Shown: positions 48,901-58,579, numbered from the stretch's first letter. The stretch is DNA of 64,000 nucleotides from Chitinophagaceae bacterium (GCA_039927535.1 JBDSUW010000107.1:382-64381); one strand, 5' to 3'. Made by a program: numbers and translations. Notes: generated by a model not told the origin, from the letters alone.

Positions 48901-49109
48901 CCACATGTACTCAAAAATTCAACAAGAACTGTGTCATTTTTTATAACCGTCGTTGCTGTCGGGTAAATTTTCTCAATTATTTTTTTTGCAAGAGGATAAT
49001 CGCCGTGAGCATAAGCCGTATCCAATTCCTCAATTTGCTTTTTATAATCCTGCCCATAAGAAGCAGAACAGATAAATATAAAAACAATCAGGGTGAAATA
49101 TCTTTTCAT
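45966..49109 (-). CDS. Exported TPR + CHAT-domain (clan CD) protease
   Basis: Signal peptide; about 11 42-aa TPR repeats; LHIATHGF and VLSACETG dyad motifs; SLW...D and PYYWGAF. Confidence 0.92.
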   Translation of the reverse strand: MKRYFTLIVFIFICSASYGQDYKKQIEELDTAYAHGDYPLAKKIIEKIYPTATTVIKNDTVLVEFLSTCGSVYYQTSEYKKAGEYFKEASIKALQKLGEKDYHYSLALFNLAACYKGQGYYAEAEPLFLQSLPVLAEVFGQSSIEYTRCFYTLASLYIEMAKFAEAESMCAVAVNVYKVVLGETSDDYLGALGSMAVIYQGLGKYDKAEEIFLALKNYHSSLPSPHKQTLQILENNLGELYRHMGEYEKAESYLINAIALTGEGSDERASSLNNLALVQIAMGNYAGAEQSFKKAIAVYIRLGKTNHPDYTNPINNLGDLYRTMGRFQEAVYAFEEVIELRKKYLGTDHPNYANAVNNLALVETHIGMYPEAEKHLLECKAIYKKILGEKHRFYANVLNNLATLYNMQGKLKLAEETYKECLLLYKETYGETSDKYGVYLGGLAATYRLMKRYDDAIALTLQSLTILKNKLGENHYDYIETEYHLAETYREAGKYPESEKHYLNSLKGYLLLIEKYFPYLSESEKTAFYFAVAAVFETFNSFVIQMQLDFPAKNHDALIARMYNNQVALKSLLLKESGNIRAKIAATDNADLKKDYKDWLQKREIIVQHYRLSTEEAETKEFNIPTLELQANELEQRIAIALQTDLKKDAIKTVSWNDIQAGLKTGEYAVEIIRTEFYTKARWTDTVFYTALIIDKDCKVPKIVLLNNGKKLETNNIAVYRRAVKTKIEDNISFNIFWKPLKGHLVNASRIYFSSDGIYQQVNLNTLKNPETKKYVLEETEIRLVSNTKDILQEHSSIVSKKANIFSYPDYGVKSFDTNPSETRLPGFPELKELPGTKAEADSIKKIMTTHNWAIEEFLQKAATEDAIKKVNNPQVLHIATHGFFLSDVKGNTEKVMGIQSEVAKQNPLLRSGVILAGAAAIARDSLSSNAKEDGILTAYEAIGLNLSNTDLVVLSACETGLGELLNGQGVYGLQRAFLIAGAKSVIMSLWVIDDFATQELMTNFYKEWLKDPTSENKHKAFRAAQLKLKEKYDKPYYWGAFVIVGD

Positions 49110-49190
49110 CCTTATAAAAATAGAAAATTAATCTGTAGTTCTTAAAGAGAAGTTATAATCTCTTGTCGCATTATCGAGAATATCATTTTA

Positions 49191-49241
49191 TTAATCGGGA
49201 AACAACGCTTTATCAATGCTTGGAATAATGCGCAATTCATT
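49191..49241 (-). pseudogene. Stranded duplicate of the amidohydrolase gene 3' end
   Basis: Translates to NELRIIPSIDKALFPD*, versus NALRIIPNIDKSQFPE* at the end of 50109-51197. Confidence 0.75.
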
Positions 49242-49322
49242 ACAAAATTTCCTATGGATTTTCAATTGTTATGCGTCGTAAGGGAAGAAATGACATCAAA
49301 ATAAAAAATAACTACCTTAAAA

Positions 49323-50060
49323 TTATTCGTCCATCCCCTCAGCTCCTTCAGCAGTTTTGCTTGATTTTTTTAACATCAGATTGATGACCTCAACCTCATC
49401 AGAAGTAAAGAATCTCCATTTGCCAAGTGGCAGACTTCCAAGCGTCATATTCATAATTCGGATTCTTTTCAGACTTACTACATTATAGCTTAAAGCTTCG
49501 CACATTCTTCTTATTTGCCTATTCAATCCTTGGGTCAGCACTATTTTAAAAACTTTTGGCCCAACTTGTTTTACATAACAATTTTTTGTTACGGCACCCA
49601 ATATTCTTACTCCATTTTTCATCTTTTCCACAAAATCATTATTAATTGGTTTGTCAACCACCACTATATATTCTTTTTCATGCTGATTCCCCGCTCTCAA
49701 AATTTTATTAACAATATCTCCGTCGTTTGTTAGAAAAATAAGGCCTTCGCTTCGTTTATCCAACCTACCTATTGGAAAAATTCTCGTTTTATAATTTATA
49801 AAGTGAATAATATTTGTTTTGTCCTTTAAATCAGTTGTACAGGTTATTCCTTTGGGTTTATTTAAAGCAATATAAATTGCAGCAACTTTCTTTTTTATTG
49901 GTTCTCCATCGACTAAAACAACATCTCCTGGTTTCACTCTATTCCCTTTTGTTGCATCAATTCCATTTATAGTAACCCTTAACTGATCAATATATTTATC
50001 GGCTTCTCTTCGAGAGCAAAACCCAGTTTCGCTTATATATTTATTTAAACTTGTATCCAT
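49323..50060 (-). CDS. rluF: 23S rRNA pseudouridine synthase RluF
   Basis: LNKYISETG.CSRREAD S4 domain, IFPIGRLDK.SEG and LTQGLNRQIRRMC motifs. Confidence 0.9.
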   Translation of the reverse strand: MDTSLNKYISETGFCSRREADKYIDQLRVTINGIDATKGNRVKPGDVVLVDGEPIKKKVAAIYIALNKPKGITCTTDLKDKTNIIHFINYKTRIFPIGRLDKRSEGLIFLTNDGDIVNKILRAGNQHEKEYIVVVDKPINNDFVEKMKNGVRILGAVTKNCYVKQVGPKVFKIVLTQGLNRQIRRMCEALSYNVVSLKRIRIMNMTLGSLPLGKWRFFTSDEVEVINLMLKKSSKTAEGAEGMDE

Positions 50061-50108
50061 TCTATGTAAAAATTAGTTATCGAATTTAAAAATTTCGATA
50101 ACTGTGAA

Positions 50109-51197
50109 TTATTCAGGAAATTGGCTTTTATCAATATTAGGGATAATCCTTAAAGCATTCTTGTAATAAATTTTTTTCAAGATTTCATCTGATAAACCCA
50201 TCCCATACATTGCCCAGAAAGCATGGTATTTTTTGTGATAAGGAAAATATTCATCTGTTGTTTCTAACACACGGAAGTATGTAGGATATTCAGATGGCAC
50301 CCAACTATCCTTTCCAAACAATATTCTATCCTGGTATTTTGTAAAAAATTGATTTGCCGTTCGTGGTTGTCTTCCCAGTTCTGCGATGATGGCTCCAAAC
50401 TCCACCATCACATTGGGCATTGCATCCAGCAACGTTCCCAGTTTACCAAGATCATTAGGATACCAGCCAAAGTGTGCAGCTATGAAAGTTGTCTTTGGAT
50501 GTTTTTGAAACATTCGGTGTTGTTCTGCAATCAAGGTATCCCAAGGTGCGGGGTCTGTATCACTTCTTTTGCGATTAGGATGAGTTGCCAGTTCCAGCCA
50601 TCTTTCGTTGGTTGAATCCATCGGCTGCCAAAATGGTTTAGGATCCGCAGTATGAATTAAGACCGGGATTTTCAAGTCACCAGCTTTCTTCCAGATAGCG
50701 TCCAATCTTGGATCATCAACCCTTACTCTTTTCCCTGCATTATCTTTTACAGAAAAACCGAGGCTTTTATAAATTTTTAATCCATTAGCACCATTTTTCA
50801 CATCTTCTTCTAATTGCTTTACTGCATTTTCGCTCCAACCCGTTTCACCTATATTTTTAAAATCAATATTTGCAAAAACAATAAACCGTTTTGGATAATT
50901 AGCTTTTATGTTAGCAACGGATTGTTTAATCAGGTCGCCGCTTTGTCCGCTAAGGTTCACCATCACTTTCATGTTCATCATATCCATTTCATTGATCAAT
51001 TTACCAAGATCCATCGTTGGCATTTGAAACTGGTGATTATGAACATCTATAAAAGGATATTTTGCTTTTGTCACAGGTTTGCCGGGCACCACTAATGTGG
51101 AAGGCGGGTTATAATTTTCAAAATCCATCCTAGGTATGGATTGAGAAAATAATTTTATCGACAAAAGAACGGCTGTTATTAAAAAATAATTTTTCAT
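50109..51197 (-). CDS. Amidohydrolase family protein (exported)
   Basis: IDVHNH, GLKI, VLIH, AAHFG and RILFGKD motifs. ATG at 51197 gives a signal peptide. Confidence 0.88.
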   Translation of the reverse strand: MKNYFLITAVLLSIKLFSQSIPRMDFENYNPPSTLVVPGKPVTKAKYPFIDVHNHQFQMPTMDLGKLINEMDMMNMKVMVNLSGQSGDLIKQSVANIKANYPKRFIVFANIDFKNIGETGWSENAVKQLEEDVKNGANGLKIYKSLGFSVKDNAGKRVRVDDPRLDAIWKKAGDLKIPVLIHTADPKPFWQPMDSTNERWLELATHPNRKRSDTDPAPWDTLIAEQHRMFQKHPKTTFIAAHFGWYPNDLGKLGTLLDAMPNVMVEFGAIIAELGRQPRTANQFFTKYQDRILFGKDSWVPSEYPTYFRVLETTDEYFPYHKKYHAFWAMYGMGLSDEILKKIYYKNALRIIPNIDKSQFPE

Positions 51198-51318
51198 GGG
51201 TTTGAAAATAACGATTTTTTTAGTAGCATATATTACCTGCATATCATGGCTTATTCAGAATGTATTCAGATTTCATTTTTAGATTTAACGTTTATTACTA
51301 ACCATTTAGCTTAAACAT

Positions 51319-52335
51319 ATGAAAAGATCTAATAAGATTTTATCCGCTTTTTTATTCTTTTTACTTTGCTATTCTCAAAATATAAAGGCCCAAAAACATG
51401 CAGAACATGACAGCAGCTACTATGAACTATTCTGGCACCAGATTACAGGCCGGGTATATGCAGCTCAAAAATTCACCCATTTCACCATGCCTTCATCCGA
51501 TGGCAGCCGGGATCTGCAATATGTTGCCAATCCAAAACTAAATGTTGGTATCGGTGTTACCTGGCATAACCTTTCACTGAATGTTTTTTATGGATTTGCC
51601 TACCTCAATAATAAAGACACTATAAAAGGAAAAACCAAAGGACTTGATTTGCAGTTGCATCTATATCCCCGTAAATGGCTTATTGATTTGTTAGTTGTCA
51701 TGCCTAAAGGATTTCATACAAATCCAAAAGGATATGCTTCCACAAATCCCAATAAATATTATTACAGAGAAGATGTTAAGGAAAGAATATTTGGTTTGGC
51801 GGCCTATCGGTTGCCCAATAAAGAAAAATTTTCTTACCGTGCTGCCTTGAACAATAATGAATGGCAAAAAAAATCTGCTGGCTCAATATTATATGGCGGA
51901 CAAGCTTATTATGTAATTATGGAATCAAATGCAGAGGACAGTTTGCTAGTTCCTAAAGCAGTTCAAAGTTCCTTTCCAAAATTAGCAGGCATTACCGAAT
52001 CTAGATTTATTACTATAGGCCCGGGCGCAGGTTATGCATATACATTTGTACATAATAAACACCTTTATCTTATGCTTTCAGGTGTTGCCCATCTTGATGT
52101 TAATATTCTTACTGAGGAAAAAGGGTCAGCCAATCAAGTCAAAAAAACATCGGTATCTCCATCATTAATGTATAGAACGGCTGTTGGTTATAATAGTGCC
52201 AACTGGGGATTCAGTGCTTCACTTGCGGGTAATACTTTCTGGGCTAAAGGTCCGTCTGCACAAAAATACAGTGTGCAGGGAGGTGGTTTACGTTTTTCAG
52301 TTACCAAAAAATTTGACACAAAAAAAAATAAATAA
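51319..52335 (+). CDS. Outer-membrane beta-barrel protein (DUF4421-like)
   Basis: KGKT...DLQ.H.Y, KFSYRAA....E.QKKSAGS and GPG.GY.YT motifs. Confidence 0.75.
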   Translation: MKRSNKILSAFLFFLLCYSQNIKAQKHAEHDSSYYELFWHQITGRVYAAQKFTHFTMPSSDGSRDLQYVANPKLNVGIGVTWHNLSLNVFYGFAYLNNKDTIKGKTKGLDLQLHLYPRKWLIDLLVVMPKGFHTNPKGYASTNPNKYYYREDVKERIFGLAAYRLPNKEKFSYRAALNNNEWQKKSAGSILYGGQAYYVIMESNAEDSLLVPKAVQSSFPKLAGITESRFITIGPGAGYAYTFVHNKHLYLMLSGVAHLDVNILTEEKGSANQVKKTSVSPSLMYRTAVGYNSANWGFSASLAGNTFWAKGPSAQKYSVQGGGLRFSVTKKFDTKKNK

Positions 52336-52360
52336 AGAAGCAGAATATAGGTTGAAAATT

Positions 52361-52390
52361 AAAGGGCATACACATTGTGTGTCCCTTTTT
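52361..52390 (+). terminator. Intrinsic terminator
   Basis: AAAGGG-CATACAC...GTGTGTCCC stem followed by a T tract. Confidence 0.7.
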
Positions 52391-52624
52391 AATTCATAAT
52401 GGTTAAAACAACGAGTGCAGCCTACACAAAATTTACTTTAAAAAAGATGAATAAATCTTTAAATAAAAGATACACTTAACAGCTCATTTCAACCTACAAT
52501 ATATATTGTATTTTTTCAGCAACAGCAAGTTTCGGAGTAAGTCCGGTTCCATACAAATTGGGAATTATTGCTAAACTCAAAGAATATTCTTAGCGTCTTC
52601 TCCAGAAAAATTCTAACAAAAACA

Positions 52625-53383
52625 TTAATCCAGCTCTACATTCGAACTTATGTTTATTTTATTAATCTTAATAACTTTTGTCCAGCTAAGAAAAAGGATG
52701 ATTGGATAAGTTGGATCTACCTCATACCAACGTTTTCCGAAATTAATTGCCGATGGAGTTTTATGATGGTTATTATGATACGCTTCGCCCATCAAAAGCA
52801 GATCCATAGGATATAAATTTTTTGAAGTATTCTTCAATTTGAAATTGACTGTTCCATATTTATGGGCAAACCAATTAATTACTGCACCATGCAATGGTAG
52901 CATTACAATATGAATTGGTAAGAGTAAATACCACCAGGCTGATGGAGCAAATAAAATGTAGAAGGTGATATAGAAAGCGATCCATCCAATTCTGGACAAC
53001 CAGCTATAAGCAACCCGATCCATTGCCGGCCAGTCAGGAACATTTTTTAAAAATCTTTCTTCTATTTCAATGGTATTATCAAACACTCCTGATGTAAATT
53101 TTCTGGTACGCCACATCATGGCAATCAGGTTCTCATCAAATAAGGGTGAGTGTGGGTCTTTTTCCGTATCCGTATAAGCATGATGCATACGATGCATTAT
53201 AGCATATACTCTCGGACTTACATACGAAGAACCTTGCCCGATGTAAGCAATAATATAAAAAAATCGTTCCCAGAATTTGTTCATGCTGAATGCAGCATGA
53301 GATGCATAACGGTGTTGGAGAAAAGTCTGCGAAAAGATTGCCAGGTACCAGTGACACACAAAAAACAATAGTATTATTAGCAT
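52625..53383 (-). CDS. Acyl-CoA (delta-9-type) fatty acid desaturase
   Basis: His boxes HRYASH, HRMHH and HNNHH; DPHSP motif. Confidence 0.92.
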   Translation of the reverse strand: MLIILLFFVCHWYLAIFSQTFLQHRYASHAAFSMNKFWERFFYIIAYIGQGSSYVSPRVYAIMHRMHHAYTDTEKDPHSPLFDENLIAMMWRTRKFTSGVFDNTIEIEERFLKNVPDWPAMDRVAYSWLSRIGWIAFYITFYILFAPSAWWYLLLPIHIVMLPLHGAVINWFAHKYGTVNFKLKNTSKNLYPMDLLLMGEAYHNNHHKTPSAINFGKRWYEVDPTYPIILFLSWTKVIKINKINISSNVELD

Positions 53384-53552
53384 TAAAAGAACTGTGAAAG
53401 AAATAAAGAAAAAGATGTTAATTGTAAAGGTAATCTATATCAACCAGTTTATCTAATTTGACCTGTTATGCAACATAATAATCGCAATAGTTGTTTGTTA
53501 AAACTTTTTCAGAACTTCATTGTTTATCATCAATGAAATAAAAACATCAACA

Positions 53553-54383
53553 ATGAAATCTGTTCAATCAATGTCAATTGCAATTTTAACTTCATTTGTA
53601 ATACTTATGGCCTGCAAAAACGAAGACAAAAAAAAAGAAACTGACATGTCAGAGCCAAAATTGAAAGAAGAAAATATAACCTACACCGGTGACAGTGTGA
53701 CCATGAATGGGTTTGTAGTGTATGATGAAAATATAAAAGGCGTAAGACCTGCCGTATTAGTAGTGCATGAATGGTGGGGATTGAATGACTATTCAAAAAT
53801 GAGAGCAAGAGAATTAGCCAAGCTAGGTTACATCGCTTTGGCTTTAGATATGTACGGAGAAGGTAAACAAGCCGACAATCCTGAACTGGCGGAACAACTT
53901 GCTACACCTTTTTATGCCGACCCCCAAATGGCCAAAAGGCGATTTGATGCGGCATTAGAAAAATTAAAGTTATACAGTCAGACAGATGTAAACAAAGTAG
54001 CTGCCATTGGTTACTGCTTTGGAGGTACACAAGTGCTGAATATGGCCAACCTTGGTGAAGATTTGAAAGCTGTAGTTAGTTTTCATGGTGATTTACAAGT
54101 GGTAACACCAGACAAAAACACACTGAAAGCTCATATTCTTGTTTGTCATGGTGGTGCAGATCCCTTTGTACCGCAGGAGCAAGTTGATCAATTTAGAAAA
54201 GAAATGGATTCGGTTGGTGCCGTTTTTGTGATTAAGACCTATGAAGGCTCAACCCATGCTTTTACCAACCCAAATGCCACTGCAATGGGTGAAAAATTCA
54301 ATATGCCTATTAAATATAATGCAGCCGCAGACACTGCTTCATGGAATGACATGAAGGATTTTTTTGAAAAAACACTGAAGTAA
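53553..54383 (+). CDS. Dienelactone hydrolase family lipoprotein
   Basis: Lipobox LMAC; HEWWG, GYCFGG, HG..D and HAF motifs. Confidence 0.9.
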   Translation: MKSVQSMSIAILTSFVILMACKNEDKKKETDMSEPKLKEENITYTGDSVTMNGFVVYDENIKGVRPAVLVVHEWWGLNDYSKMRARELAKLGYIALALDMYGEGKQADNPELAEQLATPFYADPQMAKRRFDAALEKLKLYSQTDVNKVAAIGYCFGGTQVLNMANLGEDLKAVVSFHGDLQVVTPDKNTLKAHILVCHGGADPFVPQEQVDQFRKEMDSVGAVFVIKTYEGSTHAFTNPNATAMGEKFNMPIKYNAAADTASWNDMKDFFEKTLK

Positions 54384-54416
54384 CAACCATTTAATCAGCG
54401 AATTAGCCATTTTATT

Positions 54417-54449
54417 AAAAAGTCTGAAAAATATTTTTCAGGCTTTTTT
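54417..54449 (+). terminator. Intrinsic terminator
   Basis: AAAAAGTCTGAAAAA-TA-TTTTTCAGGCTTTTTT. Confidence 0.75.
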
Positions 54450-54576
54450 ATTGCAAATAACAAGGCGATCCGTGTTTATTTCCAAGCATTTGCACAAATT
54501 ACGGTGCATCACTTAGCGTAAATTTCCTTAGTAAAGTTATGAGATATCAAAAGTACTTTCTATTTTGTCAATCCTT

Positions 54577-55302
54577 ATGAACTTAAAAAATCCTTTGAAT
54601 AAGATAATTTTACCGCTGATATCAGGATGCTTACTAATTGTATCCTGCCAAAAAGATTACAATTACGAAGAAAAAGTTGAGGCCTGTGAGCTACAGACCG
54701 CTAATCCGGCTGGCCGTTCCTATTCTTCAGATTCTGTAATTAATTATACCTGTACCTCAAAGCATTGTGGCTTTATACCTTTAAGCAGTAAAAATTATTG
54801 GATATATGAAGATTCAATCTTCATTGATGGGATACTACACAAGGTTCAATTTGACACTTTACGTTTTACTTCTAACTTAAAATCATTACCAGATGAACTG
54901 GTTTGGTGGAAAAGCAACATCGATGTAGGATTGCCTGAAATATTATTTGCAAACGATTCTGCCTTTTTTGGACTTGAAGATCGCTTATATGCTCCCAACA
55001 TAATGGAAGCAAAAAAAAGCTACAGCCTGTTTGAAGGTGACTCAATCAGGTATCTTACAAGTTTTGAAGACGCTGCCGCAATTGGCCGGTCTTTAAAAAT
55101 CGAATCTGGCATTAAAATACTTGCAGGCACTTTTACTAACTATCTCTATTTCGAAAGAAATGCCCGTAACTATCGTAAAGACCAGGTGTTTTTTAAACCT
55201 GGCATTGGTGTTTTGAAATACATAAGAGAGAAAGCAAAAGTGGGTGAACGGGAAATTAAGCCGGAGCAAATCTTAACTCTGGTTAGTTATCATATAGAAT
55301 AG
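54577..55302 (+). CDS. Hypothetical lipoprotein
   Basis: Lipobox IVSC; PL...NYW.Y, AGTF and F.PGIG motifs. Confidence 0.75.
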   Translation: MNLKNPLNKIILPLISGCLLIVSCQKDYNYEEKVEACELQTANPAGRSYSSDSVINYTCTSKHCGFIPLSSKNYWIYEDSIFIDGILHKVQFDTLRFTSNLKSLPDELVWWKSNIDVGLPEILFANDSAFFGLEDRLYAPNIMEAKKSYSLFEGDSIRYLTSFEDAAAIGRSLKIESGIKILAGTFTNYLYFERNARNYRKDQVFFKPGIGVLKYIREKAKVGEREIKPEQILTLVSYHIE

Positions 55303-55367
55303 CATTTCCGGAAAACAAAAAATAATAATAAGACAAAGATTCGGTATTGTCTTATTTTAAAACCAGT

Positions 55368-55450
55368 TTAACCACATAGAGTAAGATAGATCACAATAGA
55401 TTAACACATAGCTATGTAATTTGCTATATTTCTTTTGCTATGTGGTTTAA
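55368..55450. repeat. Inverted ~10-nt-period array (CATAG/CTATG) between convergent genes
   Basis: AACCACATAG...CTATGTGGTT termini, with ATAGA at 55376/55386/55396. Confidence 0.65.
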
Positions 55451-55513
55451 GAAATTTTTTTCTTCATAATTTCAAACTAAGACACTACCAAAAATTTGCA
55501 TAGCACAAATATA

Positions 55514-55543
55514 AAAGTCCTTCCGGAATGTGGAAGGACTTTT
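55514..55543. terminator. Intrinsic terminator
   Basis: AAAGTCCTTCC-GGAATGT-GGAAGGACTTT. Confidence 0.8.
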
Positions 55544-55559
55544 ACTTATTTATCTATGC

Positions 55560-56483
55560 TTAAGGGAGGATTACAATTCGCTGACTGTTTCCATTATTCC
55601 AGCTAAGTAATGCTTTGTTATCGCAGTTACCATTGTTAGGAAAACCGAAATCAAGTTTCAATACTCTATCGTTAATCTTAATCTTCAGTGTTCCTTCGCT
55701 TATCCAATGGCAAGCCACTTTCTTAATTAAAGGATCTTCTGTATTAATGTTTACTGTCCAGCCATTACTAAACTTTGTAGAGGAACGGGTTGTTATTTTA
55801 TAAACATCATCCCAAACCCTAGCTGTATGCATTCCTGCAATTTGCGTAACTGTCTTTATTCCTTCATACTTATAACCTCTGCCACTTGGAAAAGTTACTT
55901 TACCATCGTTTATCGCAATGCTCCATTTATGTACCGGCGGCTCAGACAGGTTTTTGAAAGTCTTTATTCCTTCAATATGTACACGGTTTACATGATAGCG
56001 AACAAATTCAAGTTTAACAACAGAACCTGGTTTGCGGATAGGGCCTGTAAAGTCAAGTACTAATTTTCCGCTTCTGAATTTACCATCCCTGCCCAGGCAG
56101 CCATCACCAAAATCAATAACAACTCTTTTAGGATAAGTGCTGTCATTTGGTGTTACGGTAATGGTGGCACAGTCTCCAATCCTTTCTCTTAACTCAAAGA
56201 AATTTGGAAGGAACATCCTGTTCTGATCTCCGGAAGGACGACCTTCTACTCCAAAGCCTCCTGCATTCCCTTCTTCATCGGCAGCAGTAAACGCAATGTC
56301 GTCAGCATCATCAAAGCTGGCTTCAGCCTGTGTGCTTTCATCGGAAAGAGTAGCAGCTTCTTCTTCGCTAACTGTTTCTTCAGTATTTGTCAGGCTGGCT
56401 TCTTTTTGACAAGATGTAATAAATAATGAAAACATTACTGCAAAGGCAGCAAGTGTAATCCGGTTTAGTGTGAGAGTTTTCAT
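55560..56483 (-). CDS. Hypothetical lipoprotein
   Basis: Lipobox ITSC; CATIT, IDFG.GC.G.DG..R.G and DFG....CDNKA motifs. Confidence 0.8.
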   Translation of the reverse strand: MKTLTLNRITLAAFAVMFSLFITSCQKEASLTNTEETVSEEEAATLSDESTQAEASFDDADDIAFTAADEEGNAGGFGVEGRPSGDQNRMFLPNFFELRERIGDCATITVTPNDSTYPKRVVIDFGDGCLGRDGKFRSGKLVLDFTGPIRKPGSVVKLEFVRYHVNRVHIEGIKTFKNLSEPPVHKWSIAINDGKVTFPSGRGYKYEGIKTVTQIAGMHTARVWDDVYKITTRSSTKFSNGWTVNINTEDPLIKKVACHWISEGTLKIKINDRVLKLDFGFPNNGNCDNKALLSWNNGNSQRIVILP

Positions 56484-56588
56484 GGCTATACTTTTTTTGG
56501 GGTTTATAATAATTATTTAACGAAACATTGGAACTCTTAACCGCAAGAAAGTTTAAAGACCAGCAGAATATTTTATTTTCCGCCTGAA

Positions 56589-57500
56589 ATGAAGGCTATT
56601 ATTCGGCAAATCAAGGAATATTTTTCAACCATTGACAAGAAAGTATTGTTAACAGTATCCGTTTTTACAGCCGTTTTGATATTTCTGAATTATCATTTTA
56701 ATGCAGACAGCTATATAAAAAGCCAGCATTCTTTTGCTTTTAGTTTCATTAGCAGGTATGTATTGTTCCTTCTGGCTTTTGGATTTCCTTACTTGCTATA
56801 CCGGCTTATAGAAAAGAAAAAATATACCTCAAACCCTGCATTTATCTTCTTATTCTTCCTTGCTCCGGCTTTGTTTTCATTTAAGTCTGGCATTGATTTT
56901 CATTTCAACTTTTCTGCTAATATTAACTGGGATAATTACTGGAACCATATTGTCTACTGGCCTTTGTTGGTGCTTATCATTGGAGGTATATTATTTATTG
57001 TTTGGAAATTAGTTGACCGGCAGCAAACTTTTTATGGATTGAAGACAAAGGAAATGAACTGGCGCCCATACTTTCTGATGTTGGTAGTCATGCTGCCATT
57101 AATTGCGGTCGTTTCTACACAACAAGATTTTTTAGCCGTGTACCCAAAACTAAAAACGATTGCCAGTGTGTATGATGAGCCGGGAATGCTCTGGTGGCAT
57201 AAACTATTATTTGAAATTTCTTACGGCACAGATTTTATAACTATAGAATTATTTTTCCGTGGCTTCCTAATTCTTGCTTTTATTAAATGGGCGGGAAAAG
57301 ATGCGATACTGCCAATGGCTTGTTTCTATTGCACCATTCATTTTGGAAAACCAATGGGTGAATGTATCAGTTCCTATTTTGGCGGAATACTTTTAGGTAT
57401 TTTTGTTTACCACACAAGGTCAATCCTCGGGGGATTGATTGTTCATTTAGGAATTGCCTGGTTAATGGAGATTGGAGGATATATTGGAAATTATTATTAA
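56589..57500 (+). CDS. CPBP (Abi/CAAX) family intramembrane metalloprotease
   Basis: ELFFRGF, Y..IHFGKP..E and IVH motifs; multiple TM segments. Confidence 0.88.
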   Translation: MKAIIRQIKEYFSTIDKKVLLTVSVFTAVLIFLNYHFNADSYIKSQHSFAFSFISRYVLFLLAFGFPYLLYRLIEKKKYTSNPAFIFLFFLAPALFSFKSGIDFHFNFSANINWDNYWNHIVYWPLLVLIIGGILFIVWKLVDRQQTFYGLKTKEMNWRPYFLMLVVMLPLIAVVSTQQDFLAVYPKLKTIASVYDEPGMLWWHKLLFEISYGTDFITIELFFRGFLILAFIKWAGKDAILPMACFYCTIHFGKPMGECISSYFGGILLGIFVYHTRSILGGLIVHLGIAWLMEIGGYIGNYY

Positions 57501-57513
57501 AGTCAAATCCTAT

Positions 57514-58149
57514 TTAAATAGTCCATTGGTCATGCACAATTCCCACTAAATAATATGTACTGTCTTTAAGCTTAAACACCAGACGTAGTGAACGCCAATC
57601 CATACCATCGTACTTTTTATCAAACCCGGAGAAATAACTTTCTGTAAAATCACAGGTGTTGTATATGGAAGACAGATTATTCAAACTATTTCCTACACCC
57701 AGAAATTTATTGACAGCAACTTTTTCAGGTTGAAGAAAATCTACATCATAAACAAATGTTCTGATGTATTCATTGATTTTTTTTAGAATCGGCTCACCAC
57801 TTCCATCCATTAACCCCCACTTAATTTTTTTCTGTTTTGAGGAATCGGCATTTGCAGCAAAATCATTCTGGCGAAAGATGATATTATGCACTGTATCTAT
57901 ATAGCCGTAAGGGGAAAAACGAACACCTTCAATTGGATCTATATAATCTGCAAGCAAACTATATTCTTTATTTTTTAAATGAGTTAGTATTGTTGCAGTA
58001 AGAGATAATAAAGTTGAATCTTTACTTATTTGCAAACCGGTACTATCCTTTTGTATTAACTGATCCTTTTGGTCTGTTTTTGCAGGTTTGTAATTACAGC
58101 TTTCAACCAGTATCATCAGTGTAATTACAAAAACTATAAACTTTTTCAT
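57514..58149 (-). CDS. Hypothetical lipoprotein
   Basis: Lipobox-like VESC; GVRFSPY, WG..DGSGEPI and GMDWRSLRLVF...HDQWTI motifs. Confidence 0.8.
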   Translation of the reverse strand: MKKFIVFVITLMILVESCNYKPAKTDQKDQLIQKDSTGLQISKDSTLLSLTATILTHLKNKEYSLLADYIDPIEGVRFSPYGYIDTVHNIIFRQNDFAANADSSKQKKIKWGLMDGSGEPILKKINEYIRTFVYDVDFLQPEKVAVNKFLGVGNSLNNLSSIYNTCDFTESYFSGFDKKYDGMDWRSLRLVFKLKDSTYYLVGIVHDQWTI

Positions 58150-58170
58150 AATTCAATAATTTTAAAAAAA

Positions 58171-58513
58171 GCTACAAGCCGTAAGCCGGATTCTGTCGTG
58201 GGCTATCATTTATCTGTTCCGAAGGTTGCCCAACGGAATCGAGCTGCCTACCCTCCATCATCGAACGAGCCATTCTCAGGCGATGGTATATGTGGCATTT
58301 CAGCATGCAAGGTTTACCCGTAAATATGATTACTCATACAAACTGTGAGCTTTTACCTCACATTTTCACCTTTTCTCCTTGCGGAGTAGTTATTTTCTGT
58401 GGCACTCTCTCTTGACTGTTTCCAATCAGCCGGCTATTCACCGGTGCATTGCTCTGTGCTGTCCGGACTTTCCTCCTCTTAAATAAATAAGAAGCGATAA
58501 CCTGGCTTGTAGC
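58171..58513 (-). ncRNA. rnpB: RNase P RNA (class A)
   Basis: GAGGAAAGTCC near the 5' end, AGTGCCACAGAAA, GGTAAACC and ACAGAATCCGGCTTA near the 3' end. P1 helix GCTACAAGCC/GGCTTGTAGC; TAtaTTTG promoter motif upstream. Confidence 0.97.
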
Positions 58514-58579
58514 AAAAATTTCAAAAAAGCGAATGGCAAATATACAATTAATGTAGCCAGCGACATTACTACTATCATC

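Noticed and set aside
52480-52580. Minus-strand fragment AIIPNLYGTGLTPKLAVAEK resembling GNAT motif A
   Set aside because: Too short and interrupted by stops to call a pseudogene without a search.
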